A stretch of DNA of 51,480 bases, filler included, from Malassezia furfur (taxonomy: Eukaryota): assembly GCA_052055015.1 (NCBI GenBank). It is 2 parts of 2 records of this genome, joined end to end, with 100 filler letters (N's around TTAATTAATTAA, not from the genome) between each part and the next. Parts side by side here need not be neighbours in the genome. Positions count along the whole stretch, not along the records: positions 1 to 25,698 come from JBQJIT010000132.1; 1 more part is not named here. The stretch is one strand, 5' to 3'. A model generated the notes under the pieces. It was not told the DNA's origin. It worked only from the letters and a program-made list of their open reading frames with translations, and did not search any database. Positions 1 to 10,444 of the stretch are shown piece after piece (position 1 is the first letter of the stretch; each line of letters opens with the position of its first letter). Both the position numbers and the translations under genes were made by a program.

Positions 1-308
1 TTGATACGTACTTTTCGCCACCCCCACGCAATGGTGCGGGGCGTGCGCGGGCGCACGGGGGCGACAGGCACGGGTCCTAGAGCATCGTGGCGCATGGCCG
101 GTGAAACGAGGGCGTCGGTCCGGTACTTGGTCTGGAATTCGTCGTAGACGTCCAGCGTCGGCGAGAATTTCGCGGCGGGTGCCTTGGGCCGCAGCGGAGG
201 TGGTGCGTGCACGGCGTCGAAATCGTCCGCGTCGTCGGGCGCGAACAGCGTCGGGGAAGCGCCGCTGCGCAGACTTTCGTCGATCCAGCGGTGGATCTTG
301 TCTCCCAT
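1..308 (-). CDS. 5' exon of an unknown protein, running off the window edge
   Basis: ATG at 308 opens a stop-free frame (MGDKIHRWIDESLRSG...AWGWRK) that ends at a GTACGT donor near position 11. CACGTG lies upstream at 410-415. No family recognised. Confidence 0.4.
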   Translation of the reverse strand, partial: MGDKIHRWIDESLRSGASPTLFAPDDADDFDAVHAPPPLRPKAPAAKFSPTLDVYDEFQTKYRTDALVSPAMRHDALGPVPVAPVRPRTPRTIAWGWRKVRI

Positions 309-545
309 CCGCGTCGTAGACGAGTATAAATGAAAAGGACGAGCGCCGTGTGCGCAGCGCCCTGGTCGCTGCTGTCAATGTGCCTTCGTGCGGTCATCTT
401 CCTCCACTGCACGTGATGCACCTCATGACAAGGGGGCGGCGCCTTGCAGCGTGCATCTTCGATACGGCCAATTACATTTATGGCTACTTTACGTGTGGGG
501 TACGCGGGCGTGGGGCGCAGCGGCTGCGATCGTCGCGTGTCCCTT

Positions 546-2252
546 CTAGAGGCCGCTGAACACGAGCGTTTTTTCCACGAGGAATTCGTCGATGCCAGTG
601 GGGCCGCCCTCGCGGCCGAAACCGCTCTCTTTCACACCCCCAAACGGAATGGTGTTCTGCGAGATCATGCCGGTGTTGATGCCGACCATGCCGATCTGCA
701 GGGCCTCGCCCACGCGGAAGCAGCGGCCGACGTCCTGGCTGAAGAAGTAGCCGCCGAGGCCAACGTTGACGTCATTGGCGCGCTGGATCACCTCCTCCTC
801 GCTGGAGAAGCGGTACAGCACGGCCAGCGGACCAAACGTCTCCTCGTCATCCGTAGGCTGTAGGTCAGATCTGGGGTGCTCCGTGCACGTACCATGGACT
901 TGTTCGCAGGCGCCTTGGCGACCGTCGGCTCGAAAAAGAGACCCTCGCCGGGCTGGCCGCCCACGAGGATCTCGCCGCCAGCCTGCTTGACCTTCTCGAT
1001 GTGCTCCTGCACCTTCTTCTTGCCCCCCTCGTTGTTCAACGGGCCCATCGTCACGCCCTTGTCCATACCGTAGCCGACCTTGAACTCACCGACCTTGGCC
1101 ACGAGCTTCTTGGCAAACTCGTCGTAGATCTTGTCCGCGATAAAGATGCGGTTCGCCGAGACACAGGTCTCGCCCGCGCAGCGGAACTTGCACTGGAGCA
1201 GGTTGTCCACCGCCAGGTCGAGGTTCGCATCGTCAAACACAATGAACGGCGCATTGCCGCCCAGCTCCATCGACAGCTTCTTGAGCGTCGACGCGCTCTG
1301 CTCGGCCAGGATCTTGCCGACGCGCGTGCTGCCCGTGAACGAGATGGTGCGGATCTTGGGACTCTCGCACAGCGTGCGGCCCATCTCCTGCTCGTCCTCA
1401 CCGCGCTCGGCAATGAGCACGTTGACGACACCCTTCGGGAAGCCCACCTCGTGCATGAGCTGCGCGAGCGCGAGCGCACTCAGCGGCGCCTCACACGGCG
1501 CCTTGACCACGCCCGTGCACCCGGCCGCCAGCGCGGGGGCCAACTTGCGCGTGATCATCGCCAGCGGAAAGTTCCACGGGGCCAGCAGCCCGGCGACACC
1601 GATCGGCTGCTTGATCACGATGTTGCGCACGGCGGGGTTCGGCGCGGGCACCGTCGTGCCGTACGCACGCAGCGCCTCCTCGGCGAACCACTCGACAAAC
1701 GAGTCGCTGTACGCCACTTCGCTCTGGGCGTCCATGAGCGCCTTGCCGTTCTCGGCGACGATAATGTGCGCAAGGTCCTCGGAGTGCTCGTTGATCTTGT
1801 GGTACAGCTTGTACAGCAGGTCGTGGCGCTCCTTGGGCGTGCGCTTCGACCAGCCGGGGAAGGCATCGTACGCCGCGTCGATCGCCGCCTCGGTATCGGC
1901 CTTGGCCTGCGCCGGGACGTGCGTGATCTCCTGAAGCGTCGCCTTATCTGGGTGTGAGCTGGACGTCTACGCACTGATCACTTTCTGCGTCTTGCCGGTC
2001 TTCGCCTGCACCCACTCGCCGTTGATGTACGCATCGCTGCGCAGCAACGTCGGGCAGTTGAGCTGCGTCAGTGGCCCGCGCACGTACCGCAAGCTCTTCG
2101 CGCCCCTCCTTTACGACACCCTTGGGCATGTACTTAAACGTGTCTGTGGCAACAAATTGCGGGTTCTCGTTTCCAGCAGCAACCATGATGGATCGGACTT
2201 GGTGGCGTACGGTGTATCGCACCGCGGCGCTATTTAAGACAGCACGGAACAT
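546..2252 (-). CDS. UGA2: Succinate-semialdehyde dehydrogenase (ALDH family), probably mitochondrial; 3 introns (2063-2087, 1948-1974, 858-892)
   Basis: ALDH motifs PWNFP, FTGST, MELGGNAP, KFRCAGETC, EETFGP and PFGGVKESGFGREG. Arg-rich N-terminus MFRAVLNSAAVR. GT-AG introns of 25, 27 and 35 nt restore the frame. Confidence 0.92.
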
Positions 2253-2347
2253 CAGGGTTGTGTGGAGGTTACGCCAGGGTCCCACGGGTAGTGCTCATTC
2301 CAGGGCCCCGGGCAACCGAGCCAAGATGCCATAGAACCAATCGCGCT

Positions 2348-3895
2348 TCACTCGGCCAAAATGTCGCGCTTACATGTTGGGCACAGACGCCGCGTCCCAG
2401 TCAGCCAGTCGTCTCTGACGTCAGTTGGGGTCGTCACGCACACTTCGTCCTGGTGGTATACATGTCCACACGGCAATACACGCACGTGGTCCCTGCGTCA
2501 GTGGTGGCGCGCACGTACCCCTCCTCGAACCCCGCCAGGCAGATCGGGCACACGTCCTGCGCGTACCGCCGCACGTCGAGCGCCGTGGCGATCGCCTCCG
2601 GCACCGGCTCGGGGTCGAGCGCCAGCGGCACGCGCTCCGACTGCGCCTCGAGGGCGACGGCGGCCTCGGTCTCGGCGCGGGGCGCCGCTTGCGGTGCACT
2701 GCAGCCGGCGGCCCAGCGCGCGACAGCGGAGCGCGCGCGGTCGTACGCCGACGAGACGTAGTATGCTGCATGGGCCAACCACCCGGCCCCCTTCGGCGGC
2801 GCGGCCGGCTGCGACGATGCCGGGAGCAGCTCCCACGCGCCCTCGGCATGCCAGCGGTAGCATGGCAGGTGGCGCACCGCGTGCACGGATGCGCGCTCGC
2901 GGTACTGCTTGATCACCTGCTTAAGGTGCTGCACAATCACAAACACGATCGTCAGAATCGACGGCATGAACAGCAGCAGCATGCCGAGGTCGACGGCCGA
3001 CAGGTCCGGCAGCGAGCTGTCGAGGAACAGGCCGACCTCGAGTCCGTCGGCGTGCCGGCGGAACAGGCCGCCACTGGATGCCGAGAGCGATTCGTGGACC
3101 AGCTCGAGCAACTCAAGGTAGCTGCTGCGGATCACGAAGCACGACGGGATCACAATGTCGTCTGCATCGCCATCGGGGTACATGGTGATGGGCCGCGTCT
3201 CGCCCGTGTCCCATTCATCATTGTCCCACGGAATGTCGCGCAGCGACACGAGGCGCTCGATCTGCGAGTCCTCGTCGTACTCGTGCTTGGCGTCGCCCAC
3301 AACGACGGCAATCGCGCCCAGTTCCTGCGCCAGGCGCACCTTGTCGCTAAACGCACACTCGCCACGTTCCACGAGCGCAATCCAGTCGGGCGGTGGACGC
3401 CGTGCAGCGTTGGCACCCCATAGTCCGGCCCATGTGGACGTAGACGTGGGCGGCATGGCCGCATGCGATGCCGTCGGGCACCCGTAGTTCGGCACGACAC
3501 CGTCCGCGTCCTGCTCTCCGTAAAAGAGGCGGATGGGGAGCAAGTGACCCCACAGTCCGTCGTCGTCAACCTTGCCCGGCCCAAACGCGGCGGGGCGCGT
3601 CAGGTACGATGTGTCGGCGCTCTGCGTGAGTGTGACCACGCACCAGTACAACAATTTTGTTTCCAGGCCACTGCGTGCGTGGGTTGGGCGTGTCGGGCGC
3701 GCCCTCCTCGGACGTGCCGTCGGCGGACGGCAGGGGCGCCACGACGTCGTCCGACACCATCGAGCCCACGAATCCGTACCGCGCGAGCTGGTCATACGGC
3801 CCTACGTGCGGCACCGTACTGGCGCGTGCGCTCTGCGTGCACGCCACGCCCCACATCCCGAGCAGCGCGACCGCCGCGGCGCACCGTGCATGCAT
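2348..3895 (-). CDS. PA-domain / transmembrane / RING-H2-type E3 ubiquitin ligase (RNF13/GRAIL-like); 3 introns
   Basis: Signal peptide, RPAAFGP, PA motif [30 protein letters not shown] and a TM helix. Spliced C-terminus reads [46 protein letters not shown]. Confidence 0.88.
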
Positions 3896-4049
3896 GTCGT
3901 TAGGTGGCGGCGCGTGCGTCCTGCCGGAGCCCGATCGCGGCCCGATGCGCCGCGCTGCGCACGGCGGACCCGCGGCGCGGGGTAGGCGAGGAAGAGGCGC
4001 GCAGAGCGTGTGAATGAGCATGGACTGGGATTCGCATTGCAAAAATGGG

Positions 4050-5430
4050 CTAGGACTTGGTAATTGCAGGTGCCAGCTCGCCGTTCAGCGGGCCAGTCAG
4101 CTGCAATTCGTCGCCCTTGTCTACGGGGTTGGCGAGTTCTGCCGTATCGGTCAGCGGTGGGGCGAGCTCGGTCGAGGGGCGCGCCTTGAGCGACGACTGC
4201 GTCCCCGACACGGGGATCACCGCTTCATCCTCGGGGCCAGGGACCACGATCAGGGCCTCTTTCTGCGCGTCGCTGCTGGGCGCGCTGGTCGCCTTGTCTG
4301 TCGTGCTGCCGGCGCCCGCAGCAGCGGCGCCGCCCGCGCCCGCGGCGGCCACGGCGCCACCGTCCTTGTCGTTAGCCGCGCCATCCTTTACGCTGGCTGC
4401 ACCTGCGCCCGACGCCGTGTTGGGCGCCTCAGGCGATGCGTCTCCGCCGCGCTCGTAGGACTCTTTGGCCTTCTCCTTCTCCTCCTTGACCCGCTGGATG
4501 ATCGCCTCGCCCTCGGGCGTGTTCCAGGGGCCTGCATCCGAGAGCTGGCACCCTCCGGGGCAGTTGCACTGACCGCCGATGATCGACGGCAGGTTCTCGA
4601 GCGGGATTTGCTTGCGGAGCTCACTGACGGGGCTCGAACCGAGGATCTGGATCTTTTCCGTGGTCACGGGGTCGAGCCAGCCCTTGACGACGCTCCAGAC
4701 AGTGGTGAAGATGTACGGAGCATTGATGATATAGAAGCGGCCTGGGTCAGTATACTCGCGACGCACCCATCGTCTCCGGGTAGTAGTACTGTCCGATGCG
4801 GCTCGCCTGCTGGACGTACGAGGAGACCTTCCAGAACTGCGCCACACCGACGTTCTTCAGATCCATGATGGTGCAGCTCGTCTCGATCAGCTCATGACGG
4901 AACTCGGAGCAGACCGGCAGACGCTCGCGCTGGAAGCGCTCGTATTCGACAATCAGCTGCTGAATCAGGCGCTCGGGCGTCGTGCTGTGGGTCAGCTTCT
5001 GCACACAACAACGCACATTTCGAACAGTTTCTTGATGTTCAGATTGCCCAGCTGCTCAATGTATACCGGCCGGCCATCGACATCCGTCTTGTGGTAAAAC
5101 TTGGGGTACAGCTCGCTCACGGCCTTCTTCTCGGGGAACGTGAACGTGGCATACAGCTCGTCGACCTTGTTCTCCTTGCGCCAGTTCTCGGCCTCGAGGA
5201 ACATTTCCTCGGCCGCGGCAAGGTCCCACTTGCGCGCGCGAAGGAAGCGGCACACTGTGTCAGGAGTAAGGCAACGTACGGCACGCATCGTCGTGACGGT
5301 CGGCCGCATAGACGCCCTTCTGCTGGATGTCCTTGCGGAACTTGTCCAGCTGGTGCTGTTGGCCGGGGTTCAGGTTGCCGGGGTGGCCCGGCTTTGGCCC
5401 GGTGGAAGCAGCGCCGTGTTCGTGCGCCAT
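4050..5430 (-). CDS. SEC14: Sec14 phosphatidylinositol/phosphatidylcholine transfer protein (CRAL-TRIO) with a long low-complexity C-terminal tail; 3 introns
   Basis: [66 protein letters not shown]. Confidence 0.93.
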
Positions 5431-5721
5431 GGGTCGTTCGATTTCGCTCGACTTGCGGTGGTGCTTGAAATAGCTAAACATGGAGCAACAAACGAGGCAG
5501 CACCACTGATTTCTGGCCAGGAACTAGTGAGTGCGGGGTGTGTACGTTGTACTCAGCACAAGACACAACGATCCGGGACAAGGTCCAGCCTGCAACCCAC
5601 GCTGCGCTGTTGTTGGAAGCCAACCCACTGCCCGCGCCGAGAATGGCTGCGCGACGGACCTGGCCTCCCACGTGACTCAACATTTCCCCGAACGTTGGGC
5701 CAACACGACGGCGTGAGAAGG

Positions 5722-6287
5722 ATGAACATACGGCAGGCGACGGTACGCGGCGCGGCACTCACACAGGTCGATGACCTCTTGGGGATGCAGAACTGCAATC
5801 TGCACAACCTTCCGGAAAACTATACCATGCGCTACTGTACGTGCACCGCTTACGCAGACTTTTACCATGCGCTCACCTGGCCGCAGCTGTCCTACGTCGC
5901 CGAGGACGAAAAGGGCAAGATCGTCGGATACATCCTAGGGAAAATGTACGTCGGGATATGCCATGCCGCTCACACCAGGGAGGAGGACCCGACGGATGGG
6001 ATCCCCAACGGCCACGTCACCAGCATCTCGGTGCTCCGCTCGCACCGCCGCTTGGGCCTGGCGAACAAACTCATGAAGCTCAGCCGTGCGTGTTGCCCCT
6101 GCTCACCCCAGAGACCGCGATGCGAGACACCTTCAATGCCCAGTACGTGTCGCTCCACGTGCGCGAGACGAACCGCGCAGCGATCGCCCTGTACCGCGAC
6201 ACGCTTGGCTTCCAGGTGCACGGCACCGAGCACAAGTACTACGCCGACGGCGAAAATGCGCTGGCCATGCGCATGCAGCTGCAGTAG
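5722..6287 (+). CDS. ARD1: NatA N-terminal acetyltransferase catalytic subunit; 4 introns (5743-5766, 5837-5857, 5946-5978, 6086-6111)
   Basis: Spliced product: [45 protein letters not shown]...[18 protein letters not shown]...[10 protein letters not shown]...KYYADGENA. Confidence 0.95.
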
Positions 6288-6398
6288 CGGAAGAGTTGAG
6301 GGTCGGTAAATACATATACATTTCCTATAGCCACTGCATGGTCTGATGGTGGAACAAGAGGGGCGGGGGGTGGGGTGGGGTTTTGCATGTCGTGTACC

Positions 6399-8045
6399 TC
6401 ATAACAGTCTCCGCTTGAAGTCCGACTCCCAGTAATCACGATCCCAATCGTTTGTGTTGGGTGTGAAGATACGGTCAATCGCAAAGTAGGCCGCAATAAG
6501 CGCCACAATGATGGCAGCAAGGACGACCCAAGCAGCAGCCTGGTAAATGTGCACCTTGTGGTTGTCCTCGGGGTCCTCTTGCTTGTTCGGCGTGCCCTTG
6601 GACTTGGGCGTATGCGGCAACCCAAAGGTATCATTCCGGGTCGCGTTAAAGTCCTTCCCAAAGATGAAGTCCAGCGATGAGGTGGCCGCAATCATCGGGT
6701 AGTCCTGATGCGAGACGCCTGCGACATAGCCCAGCGAATGGTTCACAGGCCAGGCATTGTTGTTCATGGTGGCGAGGGCCGAAACAAAGTTCGTGCCACG
6801 CTCCAAGTGGTTCGCACCCTGGTACTGGGCCTGGCAGTGCGTATCACCGGCACCATTGTCGAGCAGCGCGAGGCCATAGTGGATCTGCTTTTGAAAGAAA
6901 CGCTGGACAAACGGCTGGGTATCTTGCATGACCTCACTCCGAGCGTACTTAGGAACGACACTGAGGTTGTATCCGAGACCGTATGGCCACCGGTTTTTCA
7001 ACTCCACAGGGTCGCATTGCAGCGGTGCATTGGTCACAGGCTGCGTGTCGTTCTGGAGCCACGGCCAAGAACCGGGGTTTCCAATCCAGTACTTGACACT
7101 TGCATCGTACTTCTTTTCCCGCTTCAACAAGGCATAACGTGCCACAGCCTGTCCACCCATCGAATGGCCGGCGACAACCAGCTGGTTCACTTTCGGGAAC
7201 AGCGTCCGGTTCATAGCCAGGTCCAAGATTTTGTCCATCGCCGAGTAGAACGACACCGAGTGCGTCAAGTTGGGGTAATGCGTCACGCCACCCATCTGCC
7301 AGATGGACGAGTTGTACGCTGCCCAGTTGGGCTCAACACCTCCAGCAGCCTGGTCGTCGAGGTTCAACACGGTAGGCGCAATGATCATCACTTCGCCTGG
7401 CTGGATGCCGTACAGTGACTGGTTGTACACCCAGTTCCGTGCGTTGTAGAACAGGTTCGCATACTTCCACGAGTCACGAGGCTTACCTGGAAGCGCGACG
7501 ATAACACGCTTTACTTGCGTATAGTCGACATCGTCAGAAATGAAGTAGGGTTGCACCACCCCCATCGTGGTGGTGCCGTTCTCCATCGTGAAGGTCTGGT
7601 TCGTAATTTGCAACGACGTGTTCATGACAAATCCCTGAAAGTTGGGGGGGATCCACGACCATCCAAGGTTGTTGGCGCCCATGGGAACATTTGTGGTTTG
7701 CGTGAAGGGGAAGTTGCCTCCGTCGAACCAAGGCACCTGTGCTTCGTCACCATCCGCACTCTGAATGATTTGGCCATACTGTTCTTGGGCCCAAGTCGGT
7801 TCATTCTGCTTGAGGTTAGGGAAGGTCTTCACAAGGTTGATAGCACCAACTGGGTCCGTGTCGGACATAGATGCCGCTTGCTGTTGTTGCCCCCCATCTC
7901 CCGACGAACCCTGTCGTTTAGCCAGTCGAGATTTCCGCTCGTCCGGCCTTGCAATCCTCAACCGTCCCGCGGCTGAGTCGGCCACCACTACATTGGCAAT
8001 GAGGCATAGCACAGCGAGGAGCAACCATGCCTTCGGGGTCGTCAT
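6399..8045 (-). CDS. Secreted alpha/beta-hydrolase paralog 1 with C-terminal transmembrane anchor; intronless
   Basis: Signal peptide MTTPKAWLLLAVLCLIANVVVA, dibasic LAKR, nucleophile elbow GHSMGGQ, WIGNPGS, LLDNG and VSHQD. C-terminal hydrophobic helix AAAWVVLAAIIVALIAAYFAI. Confidence 0.85.
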   Translation of the reverse strand: MTTPKAWLLLAVLCLIANVVVADSAAGRLRIARPDERKSRLAKRQGSSGDGGQQQQAASMSDTDPVGAINLVKTFPNLKQNEPTWAQEQYGQIIQSADGDEAQVPWFDGGNFPFTQTTNVPMGANNLGWSWIPPNFQGFVMNTSLQITNQTFTMENGTTTMGVVQPYFISDDVDYTQVKRVIVALPGKPRDSWKYANLFYNARNWVYNQSLYGIQPGEVMIIAPTVLNLDDQAAGGVEPNWAAYNSSIWQMGGVTHYPNLTHSVSFYSAMDKILDLAMNRTLFPKVNQLVVAGHSMGGQAVARYALLKREKKYDASVKYWIGNPGSWPWLQNDTQPVTNAPLQCDPVELKNRWPYGLGYNLSVVPKYARSEVMQDTQPFVQRFFQKQIHYGLALLDNGAGDTHCQAQYQGANHLERGTNFVSALATMNNNAWPVNHSLGYVAGVSHQDYPMIAATSSLDFIFGKDFNATRNDTFGLPHTPKSKGTPNKQEDPEDNHKVHIYQAAAWVVLAAIIVALIAAYFAIDRIFTPNTNDWDRDYWESDFKRRLL

Positions 8046-8568
8046 GGTTACCCGGCACCGAACGTGAGGAAAACTCGTCGCAGTTAACGTCGAGGGAAAA
8101 GACCGTGACCCATGCCCTGAATCCCTTGCCTTGGAACTAAGTGGCGCGACACGTCTTGGGTGGACATTCGCAATGCAGGGCATGCAGCACGGGGGGAATG
8201 CCTGCCCGTCCTAACATGCCTCTTCCTCATTGGCCTGCTCGCCCTTTGCTGCGAACCTGTCGGGGAGTTATGCTGTTGTGCGAACTCGCCTGCTGTAATC
8301 TACATTTCTAGGGGGCTTACGCCCAACGGTTCGGTGGAGGGGTGGAAAATCGAACTGTGGCTATGCCAAAAAAATGAGGATCGCCAGTGCACGGCGTATG
8401 GCAGTGCTTCGCCGTGCACGGCGTGATCGGCGTAATTGTACAAAGATCTCGGAGAGTTTATAGTCTTGGTGTACAGGCGAGCTCATATAGCCAATTCATG
8501 AAAAGTGTCTAATGGTTCCTCCTAGCTAGGAACAACTACAAATTACGTAGTCCTCATTTCTAATCGTC

Positions 8569-9894
8569 TTAGATGCCGTTTCCAAAGATGAAGTCCAGCG
8601 ACTCGGTGGCCGCAATCATCGGGTAGTCTTGGTGGGAGACACCAGCAACATACGAGACGGCCTGCGTCGACGGTAATCCACCATCTTGCTTGCTCAGCAT
8701 CTCAACAAAGTTTGCGCCACGCTGAAGGTGGTTGGCACCCTGGGCGTACGACTCGCAGTGCGTGTCACCTGCGCCGTTGTCCAGCAGGCCAAACGCGTAG
8801 CGAATTTGGCGGCTGCGGAACCGGTTCACCATGTCACCCGTGGTCTCGCCATCGTTGAGCATGCTCCGAACGTATTTAGGGAAGTTGGAACTCTCGTCGA
8901 GACCATACGGGAACTTGTTGGTGTTGCCGTCACAGTCGCCACCGGCGGGCCGGTCCGCCGTGAGCCACGTGAAAGAACCGGGGTTGCCGATCCAGTAAAG
9001 AACGTCGTCGTCGTTGTCCTGACCATGACGGAAAAGCGCGTAGCGCTGAGCGGCCTGGCCACCCATGGAGTGGCCACCCACAACCACCTTTCCCAGGTTC
9101 GGGTAAACCGACTTGTCCAAGAGCATGTCAATCATTTTGTCGAGCGCAGTGTAGAAGGACACGCTCGAGTCTGCGGCAGGGGCCTGCGTAGATCCACCAA
9201 ATTCCCAGTTGGAGCCACCGTACACAGCCCAGTCCGCGCCATCATCGCTGGTGGCACCGGCAGCTTGGTCGTTGGTGTTGAGTACAATCGGCGCCACAAT
9301 GATCACTTCACCTTCTTGGATGTCATAAAGCGATTGGTTGTACACCCAGTTCAGCGCGTTGTTGAACAGGTTGGCATACTTCCAGGAGTCACGCGGCTGT
9401 CCAGGCAAAGCAAGAATGGCACGCTTGACCTTCGACGCATCAAAGTCGCTGGTGATGAAGTAGGGCTGAACGACCCTCGTGTCGCCATCCGAGATGACGA
9501 GGTCCGTCTTCATCTGGAATCCCTCAAACGACGTAGGAATTGACGTCCATCCATCACTCGAGCCGTCGACACTAACCGTATCCGTAAAGGGAAAGTTGCC
9601 GTTGTCGAACCAGGGAACTTGGGAGCTATCCCCGTAGTTCGAAACAAACAACCCGTTGTCTTGAGTAGCAAACGTCGATGCGTCAAGGTCGCCCAAGTTG
9701 GGCATCTCGAGGACTTCGTTGGTCGCACCAACGGGATCCGGGTAGGCTTGAGACTGAATAGATTGTTGTTCCTCGATGTCATACTGACGACGGTTCAATT
9801 GGTTGCTAGCCTTCTCATCAGCTTTCAAAGGAGCACCCTGCGCAATGGCTGCCAGGCACAAGCCGCACGCCACGGCAATTTGAAATTGCCTCAT
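8569..9894 (-). CDS. Secreted alpha/beta-hydrolase paralog 2 (soluble); intronless
   Basis: Signal peptide MRQFQIAVACGLCLAAIAQG, dibasic LNRR, GHSMGGQ, WIGNPGS, LLDNGAGDTHC and GVSHQDYPMIAAT. Long identical peptide blocks shared with paralog 1. Confidence 0.85.
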   Translation of the reverse strand: MRQFQIAVACGLCLAAIAQGAPLKADEKASNQLNRRQYDIEEQQSIQSQAYPDPVGATNEVLEMPNLGDLDASTFATQDNGLFVSNYGDSSQVPWFDNGNFPFTDTVSVDGSSDGWTSIPTSFEGFQMKTDLVISDGDTRVVQPYFITSDFDASKVKRAILALPGQPRDSWKYANLFNNALNWVYNQSLYDIQEGEVIIVAPIVLNTNDQAAGATSDDGADWAVYGGSNWEFGGSTQAPAADSSVSFYTALDKMIDMLLDKSVYPNLGKVVVGGHSMGGQAAQRYALFRHGQDNDDDVLYWIGNPGSFTWLTADRPAGGDCDGNTNKFPYGLDESSNFPKYVRSMLNDGETTGDMVNRFRSRQIRYAFGLLDNGAGDTHCESYAQGANHLQRGANFVEMLSKQDGGLPSTQAVSYVAGVSHQDYPMIAATESLDFIFGNGI

Positions 9895-10444
9895 TTTGGA
9901 ACGAAGAACAATGTACTGAGACGGTTGACGGGTTGTTCCTTCTTGTTTCTTATACTACTACGTCCTAATCACCCAGACACTCATAACCCGCTTCTACCGT
10001 TTACGGCCAGTTGCCAAGAATTGGTTGCGTGATCAGATCGAATCAGCCAATGAAATTGACAGTAAGTATAGCTTATAAACTTTTCATGGCCTACGTCGGG
10101 ATTAGGGGGTCTTGTAGCCATGGCATATCGGAATTTTAGCCGCAACGGGTAATCGAGTTACTGCACGGATACTGTTTTTGTGGAGGCAATCGAGCCTTAT
10201 CGCGGGGATCGCTCGATATTCTAGGGGTGCATCGGCCATCGACTGCGCATGCTCGCTATCGGTATCGACCGCGTTTTATATAACCAATGGCAAAAAATAA
10301 AAAGAAGAAAATAAGCCAACGACTGGCGAGCCGGTGACTACGGGGTCGGCTAGTATAGGGGTGCAGAGCAACTAGATTACAAGCACCGAGCATTTCGAGA
10401 ATCATGGGGTTATTTAACGCAACTTGAAGGGAAACATAGCCGAA

